Source: Klebsormidium nitens
Taxonomy: Eukaryota; Plantae; Klebsormidiophyceae
DNA: 64,000 nucleotides
Direction of reading: 5' to 3'
Assembly (NCBI GenBank): GCA_000708835.1
Contig: DF237125.1
Span: forward strand, 96,564 to 160,563
The notes under the pieces: model-generated
Seen by the model: only the letters and a program-made list of their open reading frames with translations
Databases searched by the model: none
Told to the model about the DNA's origin: nothing
Position numbers and translations under genes: made by a program
In this document: positions 35,877-47,960 of the stretch, piece by piece
How positions within the stretch are numbered: position 1 is the first letter of the stretch
Layout: each line of letters begins with the position of its first letter

Positions 35877-38800
35877 CTACAGCTCCTCACCCTCACCGTC
35901 GTCTGGAACACTGAGCTTCTCGATTGCAGCCTGCGGAGGGGAAATACAAAGTTCTGCGAGCATTTTTGGCGCAAGTTTCCTGTATGTGAGAATTCCATCA
36001 GCTTTGACGCAAGGCTGACCGAAGCCATATAAGCGGAAAGTTTTTCTCCCGCCGCATGCTCACCTTGATTTGGTTGACGTCGGCGTTGGAAGGCTTGAGG
36101 TCAAGAGCGGTGCTGAAGTTGAGCATGGCCTTGTCCGGGTTGTCCAGCTTCTTGAAAATCTGCACCGCACCCGACACCCGTCAGACCTCCACCTCCACCG
36201 CAACAGCCTACGTTCCAAGTCAAATACTACTTCAGGTAAGAGCTTCTCAAGCAACAAATAACCCAAGTTTTGGCTGTGCTGCTGTAAACTCGTCATCGTA
36301 GGAAGGTCTGCTGGCCCTTGACAACTCGTGCCCTAAGCGGAGTCAACCATTCCGAATCTGGGCAACCAAAACAGAGTTCTTTTCTAGGTGCGAAACAAGG
36401 CACCTGCAATCTGGACAAACCCCAGTATTACCGGCAGCCGACTAAATCACCGCCCCGAGTGAGACAGACTCCCCCCCCTTCTGGGCGCCTTGATGGACCC
36501 CAAAACAAGATTTTCAAGCCGAACCCAAGCAGAAAAAGTTTGGCGGGCTCGTACTTTGCCCATGAGGAAGTAGAGGCTGGCCTCTTTTGGCGCAACCTCT
36601 TTGAGCGCCTCCAGCTCCGCAAGCGCCTCCTCATACAAGTCCTGGCTGAACAGCACCGCCGCCTTCTCGAACTGCAACCCACAAGGCAAAGGAGCTGAGT
36701 AAGTCAGAAGGCCACCATGGAGAACCACCGGACCAAAATTGCATCACACGTGTACAACCGGCCGACCGAAAACCTCGAGCCAAGGAGGCGAAGCGTCAAT
36801 GAGAAGCTGCAAGCAATTGGTATTTTGGAGGGCGTGGACTGCAAATACGCGGATCACATCGGTCAGAGTCAGCGACGCTGTATTCTTGTCAAAAGCTGTT
36901 TGATCGGCTGTCCTTTGCATCGTGGCGCTTTCCTGGCAAGATTCGGCCAAGGCGAGGGGCAAGTGCAGCAACGCGATGGGCACGGGCGAAAGATCACCTG
37001 ACGTTCCTGACGAAGACCTTACAAGCCCGACCTTTGATTCTTATGCCCGCCTTGAGGAGGGGCGTGCGGTTCTGTGGCGATGGACAACAAACAGAGAGGA
37101 TCACCGGCCCACTAAGGAGACCTTCAAAACTCTAAGCCCACCTTGGAAAGCGCTACCGGCCTTTTGCCGTTGGCCACGGTTCAGAACAGAATTCAAAACC
37201 TACAACCTCGAGATTGAAACCTAAAGAGCAAACCCTGGGAAGGGGAATCGTGGTATGTGCAGCGATGGCCATTTGTATGACCTGGAGCAAGGTTCTTGAA
37301 AGTTCTGGGGCGTACCTTGCGAACTGGATTTCCTGGCGTCTTAGCGATGGCCACACTTCGGAAGTAAAACCAAACGTCGAAAACCACAAATCTTGGATGT
37401 CCTGGGGCGTACCTTGGGGAGGGGGTTCCTGGCGTCCTTAGCGATGGCGGCGTCCAGCAGTTGCAGCGCCTCGCGGTCGCGCTTGAGCGCGTGCAGGCTC
37501 ATGCCCAGGTAGCAGTGCAGCACGGAGGAGCCGGGGTGGATGGACAGCGCGCGCCGGAAGTGGTACTCCGCCAGCTCGAACTTTTCTTGCTGGTAGTAGA
37601 TCGTGCCCAGCCCGTACCTGTGCGGCCCGCAAAGCGTTATGCACAGTCAGACAAGAGACGGACGTCCTTCGGAATATGCCTGAGCAAGAGCATGAGCCTC
37701 ATGCGTTCGTCCGAGCGAAGGAATCTGTACATCGGATTTACAATTCACACATCTCATATTTGCTCTTGCCAGACCAAATCGACGATCCTGGAAGCTTGGG
37801 GCCGAAGGAAGTCGCAAAGTCTCGGGCTTTACATACGTTCGGATGGGTTCGTATCTCCGGGAAAATCAGACTCAAAGTCGACTTCGCGACGCACGATGTG
37901 AAGCGCGCTCCGTGCAAACTGAAGTACGTAGCCCTGCAAAGCAGTGTGCGTGCTGTCTCACCACGCGTTGTAGTGGCGCGCGTCCAGCCGGATGGCCGCC
38001 CGGAAGGCGGTGAGCGCCTCGTCCCAGTCCTCGATGGAGAGGTGCTCGTGGCCCGCGAGCGTGTGCGCGTACGCGTGGTGCGGGTCCAGCTGCAGCGCGC
38101 GCTGGAAGAAGCGCACCGCCGCCTCGTGCTCGCGCTGCAGGCTGAAGCAGTTGCCCAGCACGCACCTGCGCGGAAAGAGCAGCGGTGTCAGGAAATGAGA
38201 ACAGGTTTTGCGACAATCAAAACTGGTGGTGAAGAACGCGTCCTATACAGAGCTGGCCGTGGGTTGCCCGTTTAAGGACTGGTTTACCTTTCTTGTGAAG
38301 TTGCAAGTTTTGAAACGATAGTACATGTAACAACAAAGAGCGCTCACGCAAGTAAACAGAAAGGGTGCGCCCTTCAGTTGCCGCCCAAGAAGCGCATTTG
38401 AACTGCCGGCGCAGACAGACGTGTCGGGCAGGCCGGCCGTTCCTTCCAGGCCGTTCCAGGGCGTCCAGTAGAGACCCGGGGCTTACCAGGCGTAGGGCGA
38501 CATTCGGTCGAGGGCGATGGCCTCCTGCGCGAGGTAGCTAAGCTCCACCTCCTTCTTCATGTGCTGCAATCAGAAACAAGCGCGCGTCAGGCTTCTCGCA
38601 GCACAAAGCTAGATACGGATACCCGCTTCCCTGCAAGTCGACATCGAATGGATCGCCGTCTGCTGGGCGCAAGCTCGACACCTTACTCAGGATCTGATTT
38701 TTCCTATAAACGTCTCTGCTCCTGAACTCGATAGCTGCCGGGCGAATGCTGAACGCCATAGGACATTCGATCCCCGTAGGCCGCTGCTCTTGAAAAGAAC

Positions 38801-41800
38801 TTCGTCGACTGGAATCTTCGACCATCGAGGGCATCAGTCAGTGGTACTCGACCGCTAGGACACATTCAAACTTCAATCACGCACTGAGAGGGACGGCTCA
38901 TGAAACTTGGCAGCGCAATGTGCCGAGGCGCCTCACCCAGAGGAGGGTGGAGTAGACGTCGAGGCCCTCGAGGCGGTGGGGGCAGAGGCGGCGGGCCCAG
39001 CTGAAGGCGCGCTCCGCCTCCTTGTAGTCCACCATCTCGAAGTGCGCGCGGCCCACCTGCAGCAGCACCGCGCAACCGTCAGGCCAAGCAAAACAAATAC
39101 GGCATTCAAAGTACTTACCATTTTCGGGGCGCCACATCCACTAGATAAGGTGCTGTTTCCTTGTTGAAAACAGAGGGCCCTCTTGTGTGGACTTGTCAAT
39201 CCAGAAAGAGCATGTTACACGCCCAGCGGATGTGGCGTGCGCCTTTGCTGGACCTACCACTGAAGGATGACCGGGTTGGTTAAGACTCAGGTCTATGCAT
39301 AAAAAACAGCTGAGATTGCACGGTTTTCGGTATTGGTTCCCCCTGCCAAACGAGTAGGACGCCCGTAGCGGACAATCTTTGCCCCCCTGCGCGCACCTGG
39401 CAGAGCACCCATGCCGTGGCGTAGTGCTGCTGCGGCAGGCGGCCGAACGCGGCGGCGGCTTCTTTGCAGCGGTACATGGCCAGCAGGCGGTACGCCTCCC
39501 CCAGCTGCCGCAGCAGCGCCAACAGCTGCCGCGCGCCCTCCAGCCACACCGCAGCCCGGCTGACGTCACCGTTGCTGTGCTCGCTGCTGGGGCCCGCGCC
39601 GGCCTCGTCCTCGCCTGCACATTCACAAGAAAAGGTCAGCAGTGGCCTTGGGCGGTCTGTGATTGATCGTTACGTCACCCTTTTTGCAGACATTTCCTTT
39701 CCGTTCTTGCTGCAGAGAAGGATCGTCGCAGTACCGAACAAAGGGTGGCACACCGTTTTCGTCATTGGGCTGTTCTTGATGAATCCACAACCGTCAATGC
39801 CAGCTTTCGAGGGCGCACGGAAAGCAGCAGGGACCGGCAGCAAGTCGTTCTGGCCAAGGACTGGGCATGCACGATCGCAATCTAATATGGTATCAAAGGG
39901 TGGTGATCGACCAGGGGGCGCACAACGAGCGTCAAAATGCTAGCTTGAGCAAGCGAGTGCCCGGCTAGAAAGGAACGAACGTTCATTTGCCTGCTGCGAA
40001 GGGAGCCTTCTCAGATCACCAGAAAGGAGAAACCCCGGCCCCACTCACGGCTTTCACTCCTCCTGCCCCGCCGCGCGCTCGTTGCCCCCTGCTCGTCGTC
40101 CTCGTGCTGCTCCCTACCCCGATCGCCGTTTTGGCTGCCCGACTGCCTCTGCCCTCGGTGGTGGCCCCCGTCTTGCCGGCTGCCCCCCGGAAGTGCCTCC
40201 CCGCCCGACCCGTTACTATGCGAAGCGTCTGACGCGTTTTGGTGGGCGGATATTCGGGAGCTCCGCCGCACGGAGGAGAGGGGCGGCTCGGAAAAGAGGC
40301 GGCCCGACACCTGGGAAGGGATCTAAGCAATCAATGCATGCCATGTCTCGATTTCACGGCGGATCTGCGAAATTCTACAAAAGCACTCTTTCCGTGGCAG
40401 GTTACGCGGGCGAATGGATCCGGGATAAGTTTCCTTTGACAGGGCGGCTCACTCTGCAGTCCGTGCAGGCTCGGAAAGATGCTGAACACATCCGTCTTAA
40501 CAACGGAGTGGCATTCGTGTCAAGAGATTCGGCACTTCGACGAGTGAACTTTCAGGAGCCACGCTGCTTCGGCGGACGCTCTGACTCTGAAAAGAGGACA
40601 TTTGCGCGAGAAACCTGCTGTGTGGCCCCGGCCCCATCTCCTCACCTTTCTGAGCTTGCCCTCGTCCACGAACTTTCTCCTTTGCCCCGGCACGGGCGGC
40701 GGAACAGCGGCCCCTCGCGCGGGGGTGCTTTCTGGCGCGGCGTCCGTACTGGAAGGGCCGGCCCGGCCTGCTGCGGGGGCGTGCGCTCCGGGCATGACCG
40801 GAGTAGTGAACGAAGACGGAGTGGCGGTGTCAACAGAGGGGGTAACCAGAGAGGGGCCGTTGGCAGCAGGGGTCACGAAGCCTGCAGGCAAAGAAAGGGT
40901 TAAAATGACTTGCAAGCGATCAGTTGCGCTTGTGAAGAACCCGCTCCACTGATGGAGACAAGCAAGGCTGCACGGTGATGTCTATGCTAGAAGGTGCACA
41001 CTATCTTCTTGTCACGCCGGTGGGTCTACTGCCAATCGGAAGAAGAATGTTCCGGGTGGGAACTTCAACATCTTACATTTGAAACAACGGCAGCGAGACT
41101 TCATATGTTAAACGGGATCTCAATGCTACAGCTGTGGAGAAGGAGGCGCACCTGGCGTGGCTGTGGCTGCGGCGTCCATGCGTGCAAGGTCCGGAAACTG
41201 GAACGCTGCGCTGTCGGTCGCAGGCCTGGGCCCAGCCTCGGAGAGCCGCTGGGCGTATATCTGAGAGAGGGCCGCCACCGCAGAATCGCCAAACAGAGCC
41301 CCGGCAGCTTCATGAGCCCCTGCTCGTTTGCAGATGTTCACCATTCAGTGAGTTGCATGATCTAGTGGCAAGCACACGGCTCCTCAGAGTGCCTCTGATC
41401 TCCTCATCCAATTGGTCCAGTCATCCGACTTTCTTAATTGCTTCGGAAGCATCGACAGCCTGCCTCAAAGGAAAAGGGCTGTCACCTGGATGACAGCGGT
41501 CAGAAATACGAAGCCCCCAGTGCCCCTAATAAGTTGATTCGACTTACCCAGGTTGCACAACTCCTCAAACGCGGACCACAGCAGGGGGTCTAGAGCTAGC
41601 GCACGGCTGAAATGCCGTACCGCTGTCTCTCGTCGATCAGAGCGCCTGCAGCATCAGCAAAGCGCACTTAGCAGCTCAGACATGGCTTGTAGAACCAAAG
41701 CATATCCGAGTCGGACTCACAAGTCAAACCCGCGAAAGAAGCCACAACTTCTTTCAGGTCGTATGAGAGCTCCTCAAATGCATCCATAAAGCAACAAGGG

Positions 41801-43322
41801 CCTGGGCATCGTGGGGGACAGTTGACGCTATCAGGCAATTGGGGAAGATGGTGAAGTTCTCACTTGCAGATGAGGCCGAGCAGGTAGTGCCCAGCTGCGC
41901 CATTGACCACCTGCAGGGGGACAACAGCGGCAGTAAGCCTGTGAGCTCCGTTGGCTCCACTTGCAACCTCGCAATACGCTAGCTTGAATGCTCAAAGCCA
42001 GGTAAACCTGATGAACGCAAGGAGACAGAGCGGACGCGTCTCTAAAGCGACAAAAGGGCTCTTTGTTCATTTGCTCTTGCATTTTTTGAACCTACGGTGG
42101 GCAGGTGTGTGTTGGGAGATGCATGCTTGCTTCAGCCCTGACCTGTCCTGCGGAGTAATGGTCTCCCGTAAGCGCCGCCTCCGCCTCCGGCAGCTTGCCG
42201 AGCTGGAAACAACACAGCGCGTATAGGTAGCGCGACTCGGGGGATTTGAGCCCTGCAAATGAAGGTAAGACTCAAGTTTGTTCATCACAAAGGCTTGCCA
42301 CCAGCTAGCTAACGGTGCGCTTGGAGACGGCCCCAGCTAGGGCGACTGTTCCACATAATTCACCAGATACTGCAGAACTATTTGCAGCCATGCACGTTTA
42401 GAGTTCGCTTGCTGCGCCCATGCGATGAGCGCCCATGCAATGAGTAGCCAGGACGAAGGTGTGCACGCCACTGCAACCTTTTCGGTGAGGTCTCCGTCTG
42501 TTGAGAGAAGAACTGGGGGTGCAAAGCAAGGTGGCATTCGGGTCTGTCTTTTGGTGGGCCTGGACAAGCAGGGAAGCCGCTTTACCTTGCAGCACATAGA
42601 ATGCCCGGAATGCTTGGTTGGCCCGAAAGTAGCACGAAGCAAGGAGCTGCTTGTTGGCCTGCAACATGGCAACAAAGGGGCATTCTGAAAGGGACAACAT
42701 GAAGCTGCTATAAAAAGCCTTTCCACGGACAAACGCAGCCCCGTTCGTTGTCCCTGATTGCAAAAGGGTCAGGTGCTGGGAATAGGGGCCTTCAAAACGG
42801 AAGTGGACCTTCTAGCGACCACAGCTGAGACCTCAAGTGACAAAGCCACCTATTGAGACTTTAGATATGGTGTGACAGGCAATTGACGCATCAACAGAAT
42901 TCAGGCAGCTACCGGGTCCTTCTTCTTTGACTGCCTCTCTGAAGTTGGCCAGCAAATGGTCCCTGAGGGAGCACGAGGGCACTCTAAAAGGAGCGCCAGC
43001 CTTAGCGGGCAGCCAAATTAGTGATGCAGAAGCAGAGCAATTCAGACTACGTCTCCGTTCCGGGCCAGTCTGTGGTTCGCTTCTGGAACCAATATGTAAG
43101 TAGTGGGCACTTCAGCAACAACCAAGCCGTTCTGTGCTGCAGTTCAACAACTTTGAGCTTTGCTTGTAAGCTCCGATGGATGCCGAAAATTTAGCGTTTC
43201 TCACAGTCGGTTCTCACCTCGGTTGGAAAGCCTGCGCAGAGGCGCTCGCACAGGAAGGTTGCATTTGGGAGCATATACTGCTGCAGAGATGCAGCCACCC
43301 TTTCTTGAAGCACAGCCTCCAT
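35877..43322 (-). CDS. CDC27: Cell division cycle protein 27 / APC3 (TPR subunit of the anaphase-promoting complex), 16 exons
   Basis: Phase-consistent exons: 43322-43218, 42658-42586, 42252-42143, 41910-41864, 41645-41548, 41319-41152, 40881-40646, 40310-40058, 39614-39397, 39056-38937, 38563-38487, 38165-37962, 37617-37413, 36671-36555, 36159-36064 and 35930-35877. Motifs: NATFLCERLCA, ALDPLLWSAFEELCNLG, KFVDEGKLRKVSGRLFS, WVLCQVGRAHFEMVDY, EGLDVYSTLLWH, SPYAWCVLGNCFSLQREHE, YAHTLAGHE, RHYNAWYGLG. Confidence 0.96.
36947..37448. repeat. Duplicated exon end plus splice donor, followed by more decayed copies, in CDC27 intron 13
   Basis: 37305-37350 closely matches 37402-37448, with one 1-nt deletion and a few substitutions. 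GCGATGG-like cores recur at 37441, 37344, 37262, about 37166, 37077 and 36973 (spacing 82-104 nt). The four distal copies are weak. Confidence 0.7.
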
Positions 43323-44167
43323 AGCGGCCAGCACGCACAACCTCTCGCTCACAATGCACCCAAAGCAATCAGGTCCATAGAAGCGCAGAATCAGCAGCTC
43401 GGCAGCGACGCCATGGGCACGTGGTGAGAAAGGCTGCTGTTCGAGTCTATAATAAGAGGCCACCCGCTTGCACACTGGGCCCAAGGTAGCATCTCTCCTT
43501 CAGTGCCAAAGGCGCCAGAGGAAATTCAATCTGTCAGAGATGAATGCAATCTATCACTATCAGCAGATTGTGTTTATCATCCCACCTCTATTTACCAGTA
43601 CCAATAAAATTGTCGGATTTATAGATAGATAAGCACACAGACTTGACAAGTCTCCGCATACGAGGTGGGTAGGTAAATCCCTCTGCGACTGAAAGCGGGA
43701 GTGAATCAAGTCTATAACCGCTCAATAGAGTATATTAGTAAAATACGCTCATATAAGTCATCAGATATTGCGCAGAGCTTGAACAAGCAGATTCTGTCAA
43801 AGCTGTCGAGAGGGGCAAAGCAATATCATATAGCCTATAGGTATGCTTGATCAATTCGTGCCAAGACTCAGGATTGACAATGTCAATGAAGCAAAACAGG
43901 GAGAGGAAGGACATGGGCGATATACCTACTTGTGCTGTCTGATGGCTTGCTCAGACAAAAGTCGGATGCGGGGAAGAGAACTGTGTACAGCGGCTGCAAG
44001 CATCAACAAAGTGGGACCGTGGTGGTAGGATCTGGTTGACCACAACATAAGCCCGTAAAACACTACAGCGTCATTGCAATCCCCCAGACTACTCAGGCGG
44101 ACTCCACATTTTACCAACTTGTTTTGCTCCTGGAGATATTTATCTTGTCGATCTCTTCTTGATAGAA
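43323..44167. promoter_or_regulatory. Divergent promoter region between CDC27 and the FAD synthetase
   Basis: Head-to-head ATGs at 43322 (-) and 44168 (+). Positional inference. Confidence 0.55.
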
Positions 44168-46695
44168 ATGCCTGCCTTGATGCAGCCGCGTTTGCTCAAG
44201 CAGCATGACAGCAGCGCCGCAGTTCGGGGCGCTTTTCGTGCCCTGTCGCAAGCATCGAAGTCCCTCAGCCATCACATCTGTTGCTGTAGAACAGCGAGGC
44301 TGCATAGGTGGGGGCAACCAAGCGCCCACCAAAAAGGACCCAATAAAGCACTCAATTGTGCCGCCGTAGCCTTTTGCAAAAACAAGCCCACTTGCGAATC
44401 TGAATCCGGACATGCTCTCAAGCTGGGCAGGTGTCCATTGCCCCTGCGACACCTGTCAAACACTGCGTCACTTACGGGGCACCACAGAGTTCATGCTGTT
44501 GGCGGACGAGGGGTGGTCAGAAGCTCAGCAAGCAAAGCGGACAGTTCCCCCAGCGCAAAAGGCCTTCTCGACGATCTGAGGAAGGAAGTTGATGCGAGAG
44601 ACACCGTGCCCCTTCAGGAGGTTGCAGGTGAGCGCCCACTTGCGATGAGAGGTTGGTGGCGCCACAATGTGCGCTTTGCTGATACTGATGCGCTTTCATG
44701 CCTTTTTCGTAACGGAATGTTGTATGACCAAGGATCCTACTTTTGGAACTCACAACTGGCATGGATCGCTCGGTGGTACAGGCGGTGTGGTGTGCTTGGG
44801 CAAGTTCGATGCGTTGCACCTGGGCCACCGCGCGTTAGCGGAGCGTGCAGCCACAATTGGGCACATGTTCATGCTGTCCTTCAGCAACATGGCGGCCGTA
44901 CTTGGGTGGGAACCCAGGTGATTGGGGAAGAAAAAAGGAAGTTTACTTTACTCATGGTGATGCCACATAATGCCAGGTTGGGAAATCTCACCTTGGCCTG
45001 ATTGATGCATCGTCACACTCCCGGACTGCGTGAACTTGGACTCTAATCTCTATATTCTAGACTCTAGACCAACTCCAAAGGTCAAGTTGTCTGTTGAAGT
45101 CATGTTCCTTGCCTGTCACGTTCACTCTGCCCGCTCTCTTTCACTAGGGCAAAGGCTTCAAAGGCAGACTCCAGGGCACATCAAGACTGGTTACATCTCC
45201 CGTCTCACTTTAACATTCCTTCTGCGCCCTTTGTCTGTGCCCCAGGCTGCCCCTGGTGGCCTCCTGCCACCGCCCCGCTGTACTGCGCCAGTGGGCGTCC
45301 GTGTGTGGCGGCATCGCCCCCCGGGAGGTGCTCCTCGACTTTCGCAGTGTGCGCAGCCTGTCCCCTGCCGCGTTCGTGGACCTGCTCGCAGACCAGCTGG
45401 CCGTCAAGGGGATCGTCGCAGGTGGGCGCACGCGCACCCAGGGGCGCGAGCGAACGCGAACGATTCTCCTCTCATTGCCTGTCCGGGCCAAAGTGTTGAA
45501 GAGAGGACCTGTACAACCAACATCTCTGCTTTGGGGCTTTTTGGATCTTGTGATTCTCAGCGAAGTCAGATTGCTCGAAGTAGCACACTTGAACGCGTAT
45601 CATGGCGTCCGATGACACTTGTCTGCCCCCTTCAGGCGACAACTACCGCTTTGGCTACAAGGCTGCGGGTGACGCGGCGCAGCTGCAGTCACTGGGCGCA
45701 GCGCGCGGCTTGGCGGTGGCCATCGTGGGCAGCGTGCAGGACTGCGGGCCGGCCTGCGCGCCCGGGGGGATCCCCCTTGCGGACCGCAAGATCTCGTCCA
45801 CGCGCGTGCGAGAAGCGCTGCAGAGGGGCGACCTGCAGTGCGTGGAGCAGCTGCTGGGGCGGCGCCACCAGCTGGCCGTGGGCCTTCCAGGTGGGGAATC
45901 AGCGTAAACTTTGTTCTGAGGCGAGTCGGCAGTTCTCGAAAGGTGCCTCGCTTGTGATGGTTGGTTTCGTGGCGACCTCCGTGAGGTTATGGAAGTTGCT
46001 GATTGCGCAAGGGCATCTGATCTTTCGAAAGGGACGATGTAAGGTCTAAAGATGCTGGTGTCCAGGTTCGAGAGAACGAGTTGAGTTGCCAGCATCCACT
46101 GGGAACCTTCTGAGATGGTGGGATAGCCAAGGCCGCATTACTTGCTCAAGCCTCTTCGACGTTCGCTGAGGAACTATCAATGGAAGCGTACTGATTATAA
46201 TGTGCAGCCTTGACGGCTCCGATGAGGACTCACCGGTCGGCAGGACGATAGAGGGAGGCTCGTGCATGATCTGCTATCAGAAGGCCTTGGGCATGAATTG
46301 CGCGACTGAGCTTCCAGGTGCGGTGATTTGACAACCAGACTCTCCATCTCATTGCAGGTTCTTCTGTCAATATAGCAAGCTACGCCCACCTAAAACTCCC
46401 AAGGTTGAACTTTCTGAACGAACCACCGTGCTTAGGCACGTATGAGGCGCTCCTAAGCATCATCGCAACGGGTCGGCCTCAACAGCAGATTAGCAGAAGG
46501 AATGAGAACGGACTCACTCAAGAGTCAGACGGGTTGGACGGACTGGAACTAGGGCTTGCTCGGGTGCGCATAGATGTAGAAAATCTTGGAATTGACTTCC
46601 ATGATGTTGGTAAGGTTGAGCAATTAGAACATCGAATACGAACATCATCGGCCCCCCAGCTTCTCAGTCTTGAGTTCGTAAGTGACCAACGTTGA
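44168..46695 (+). CDS. RIBF: Plant-type FAD synthetase (FMN adenylyltransferase, RibF1/RibF2-like) with a transit-peptide-like N-terminus
   Basis: Exons 44168-44627, 44782-44917, 45246-45421, 45636-45890 and 46358-46695, phase-consistent. Motifs: [15 protein letters not shown] (HxGH), [42 protein letters not shown]...VEQLLGR. No PTAN riboflavin-kinase motif is visible in the C-terminal exon, as expected for the plant monofunctional enzyme. Confidence 0.92.
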
Positions 46696-46699
46696 ATTA

Positions 46700-47560
46700 A
46701 ACGTGGTCGCGCACTGAGATCCGACGTTTGGACGGCTTGCCAGGCAATTTGCAACTCCATTGTGGCACAATGTAAGTGGGGTGCGGCGCCCGGGCCAGGC
46801 TGATTTCATCCGGCCTTTGAAAAACTGATCGGAGTGACTTTTGTTGCGAATGCACTAGGCTACTAAATTGTCGGCCATCATTGCCCAGTGGCAGCAGCCG
46901 CCGAATGCGAATTAATACTGTACGTAACAACGCGGTATGTCCGGCCGGTACCATTAAACACATGTGCACGACTCACTATATAGCTTTCGAGCTAGGAACT
47001 CTAGCAGGCTAGCGCTATACACGTGCGCGTACGTACGTAGCATCCGAGCCGCCGGCCCATGTGATTCGATCTTGCATCTTGATTCGATCTCATGGCGGCT
47101 CACGCGGTCAGTGCTAGCAATCCGATTGTAGACGTACTATAGTACAGTGATCAATGCGCCCTAGCGGCCGCAGTATGTGCAGGCGGCCACCTACTATATA
47201 GCACGTACATGTACGCGGCCGCCTGTGCCGTGCATTTCCGAAGTTCGGCGTTGACTCTAGCTATAATGGATCCGGACTCATGGTAGTTTAAGTAAGGTGG
47301 AAAGAGCTCAGTAGTAAGATCATGCATCATGCCACCAACATCCCTTGCCATATCCCGCCGCGGCCTCCGACCGCCGCTAGTCCGAAGACTGGCCTGACCC
47401 CGGCTGCGCGGCGGGCTCATACATGCATTGTGCCAAATTCAGCACAGTATACATGCTGGGACGGTAGGCGCGGCTTCAAGCTTATTGCAGTATCGAATCC
47501 TCTGAGACCATCAATCCAGGCGGCACCTGAGTAATCCGTGAGTCCGACGCAAGAGTGACC
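46700..47560. other. Palindrome/CpG-dense intergenic island between the FAD synthetase and KH gene 3' ends
   Basis: 12-bp perfect palindromes GTACTATAGTAC (47134-47145) and CGTACATGTACG (47204-47215), two GCGGCCGC sites (47164, 47215), and about 30 CpG in 46981-47280 by hand count. Confidence 0.75.
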
Positions 47561-47960
47561 GTTGCCGCCCGCGCAAGTTGCCAGTATCTCATGGCCGTAC
47601 TCCTATGCCGGGCAGCAAGACCTCATTCAATCACAACCATTGTGCTCCGGGATCTTCAAGGCCGCTCTGCTTTCTTTGCGACAACTTCAATCGGCCGGAT
47701 CAACCGGCCGCAGGTTGCTTCCTACATGCACCAATTTCATTTATCATCTACCCGGATCTTAAACATTTCCCAGTCTCCGAGTCCCTGCAATATCCGATGC
47801 TTTACCAGCAAACTTGCGATGCACCCAGTGGCTTTCAATCCCCAGTGAAAGTCGGTGGCTCGTCCAGGGCGGAGCCTACGTATTGCTTTGCTAGGTTTAT
47901 CCTCTCCTACTCACCTAGGGCCCCCATGACCAGTCAGCTCCTGCAAACTGATAGACCTGG

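Noticed and set aside
38430-38470. Short GGCCGTTCC(A) reiterations in a CDC27 intron
   Set aside because: Two to three 9-10-nt units; ordinary slippage.
46968-46980. ACGACTCACTATA, a 13-nt match to the T7 promoter core
   Set aside because: Lacks the upstream TAAT and the downstream GGG, has no vector context, and sits in a TATA/GAC-rich island; best treated as a post-hoc coincidence.
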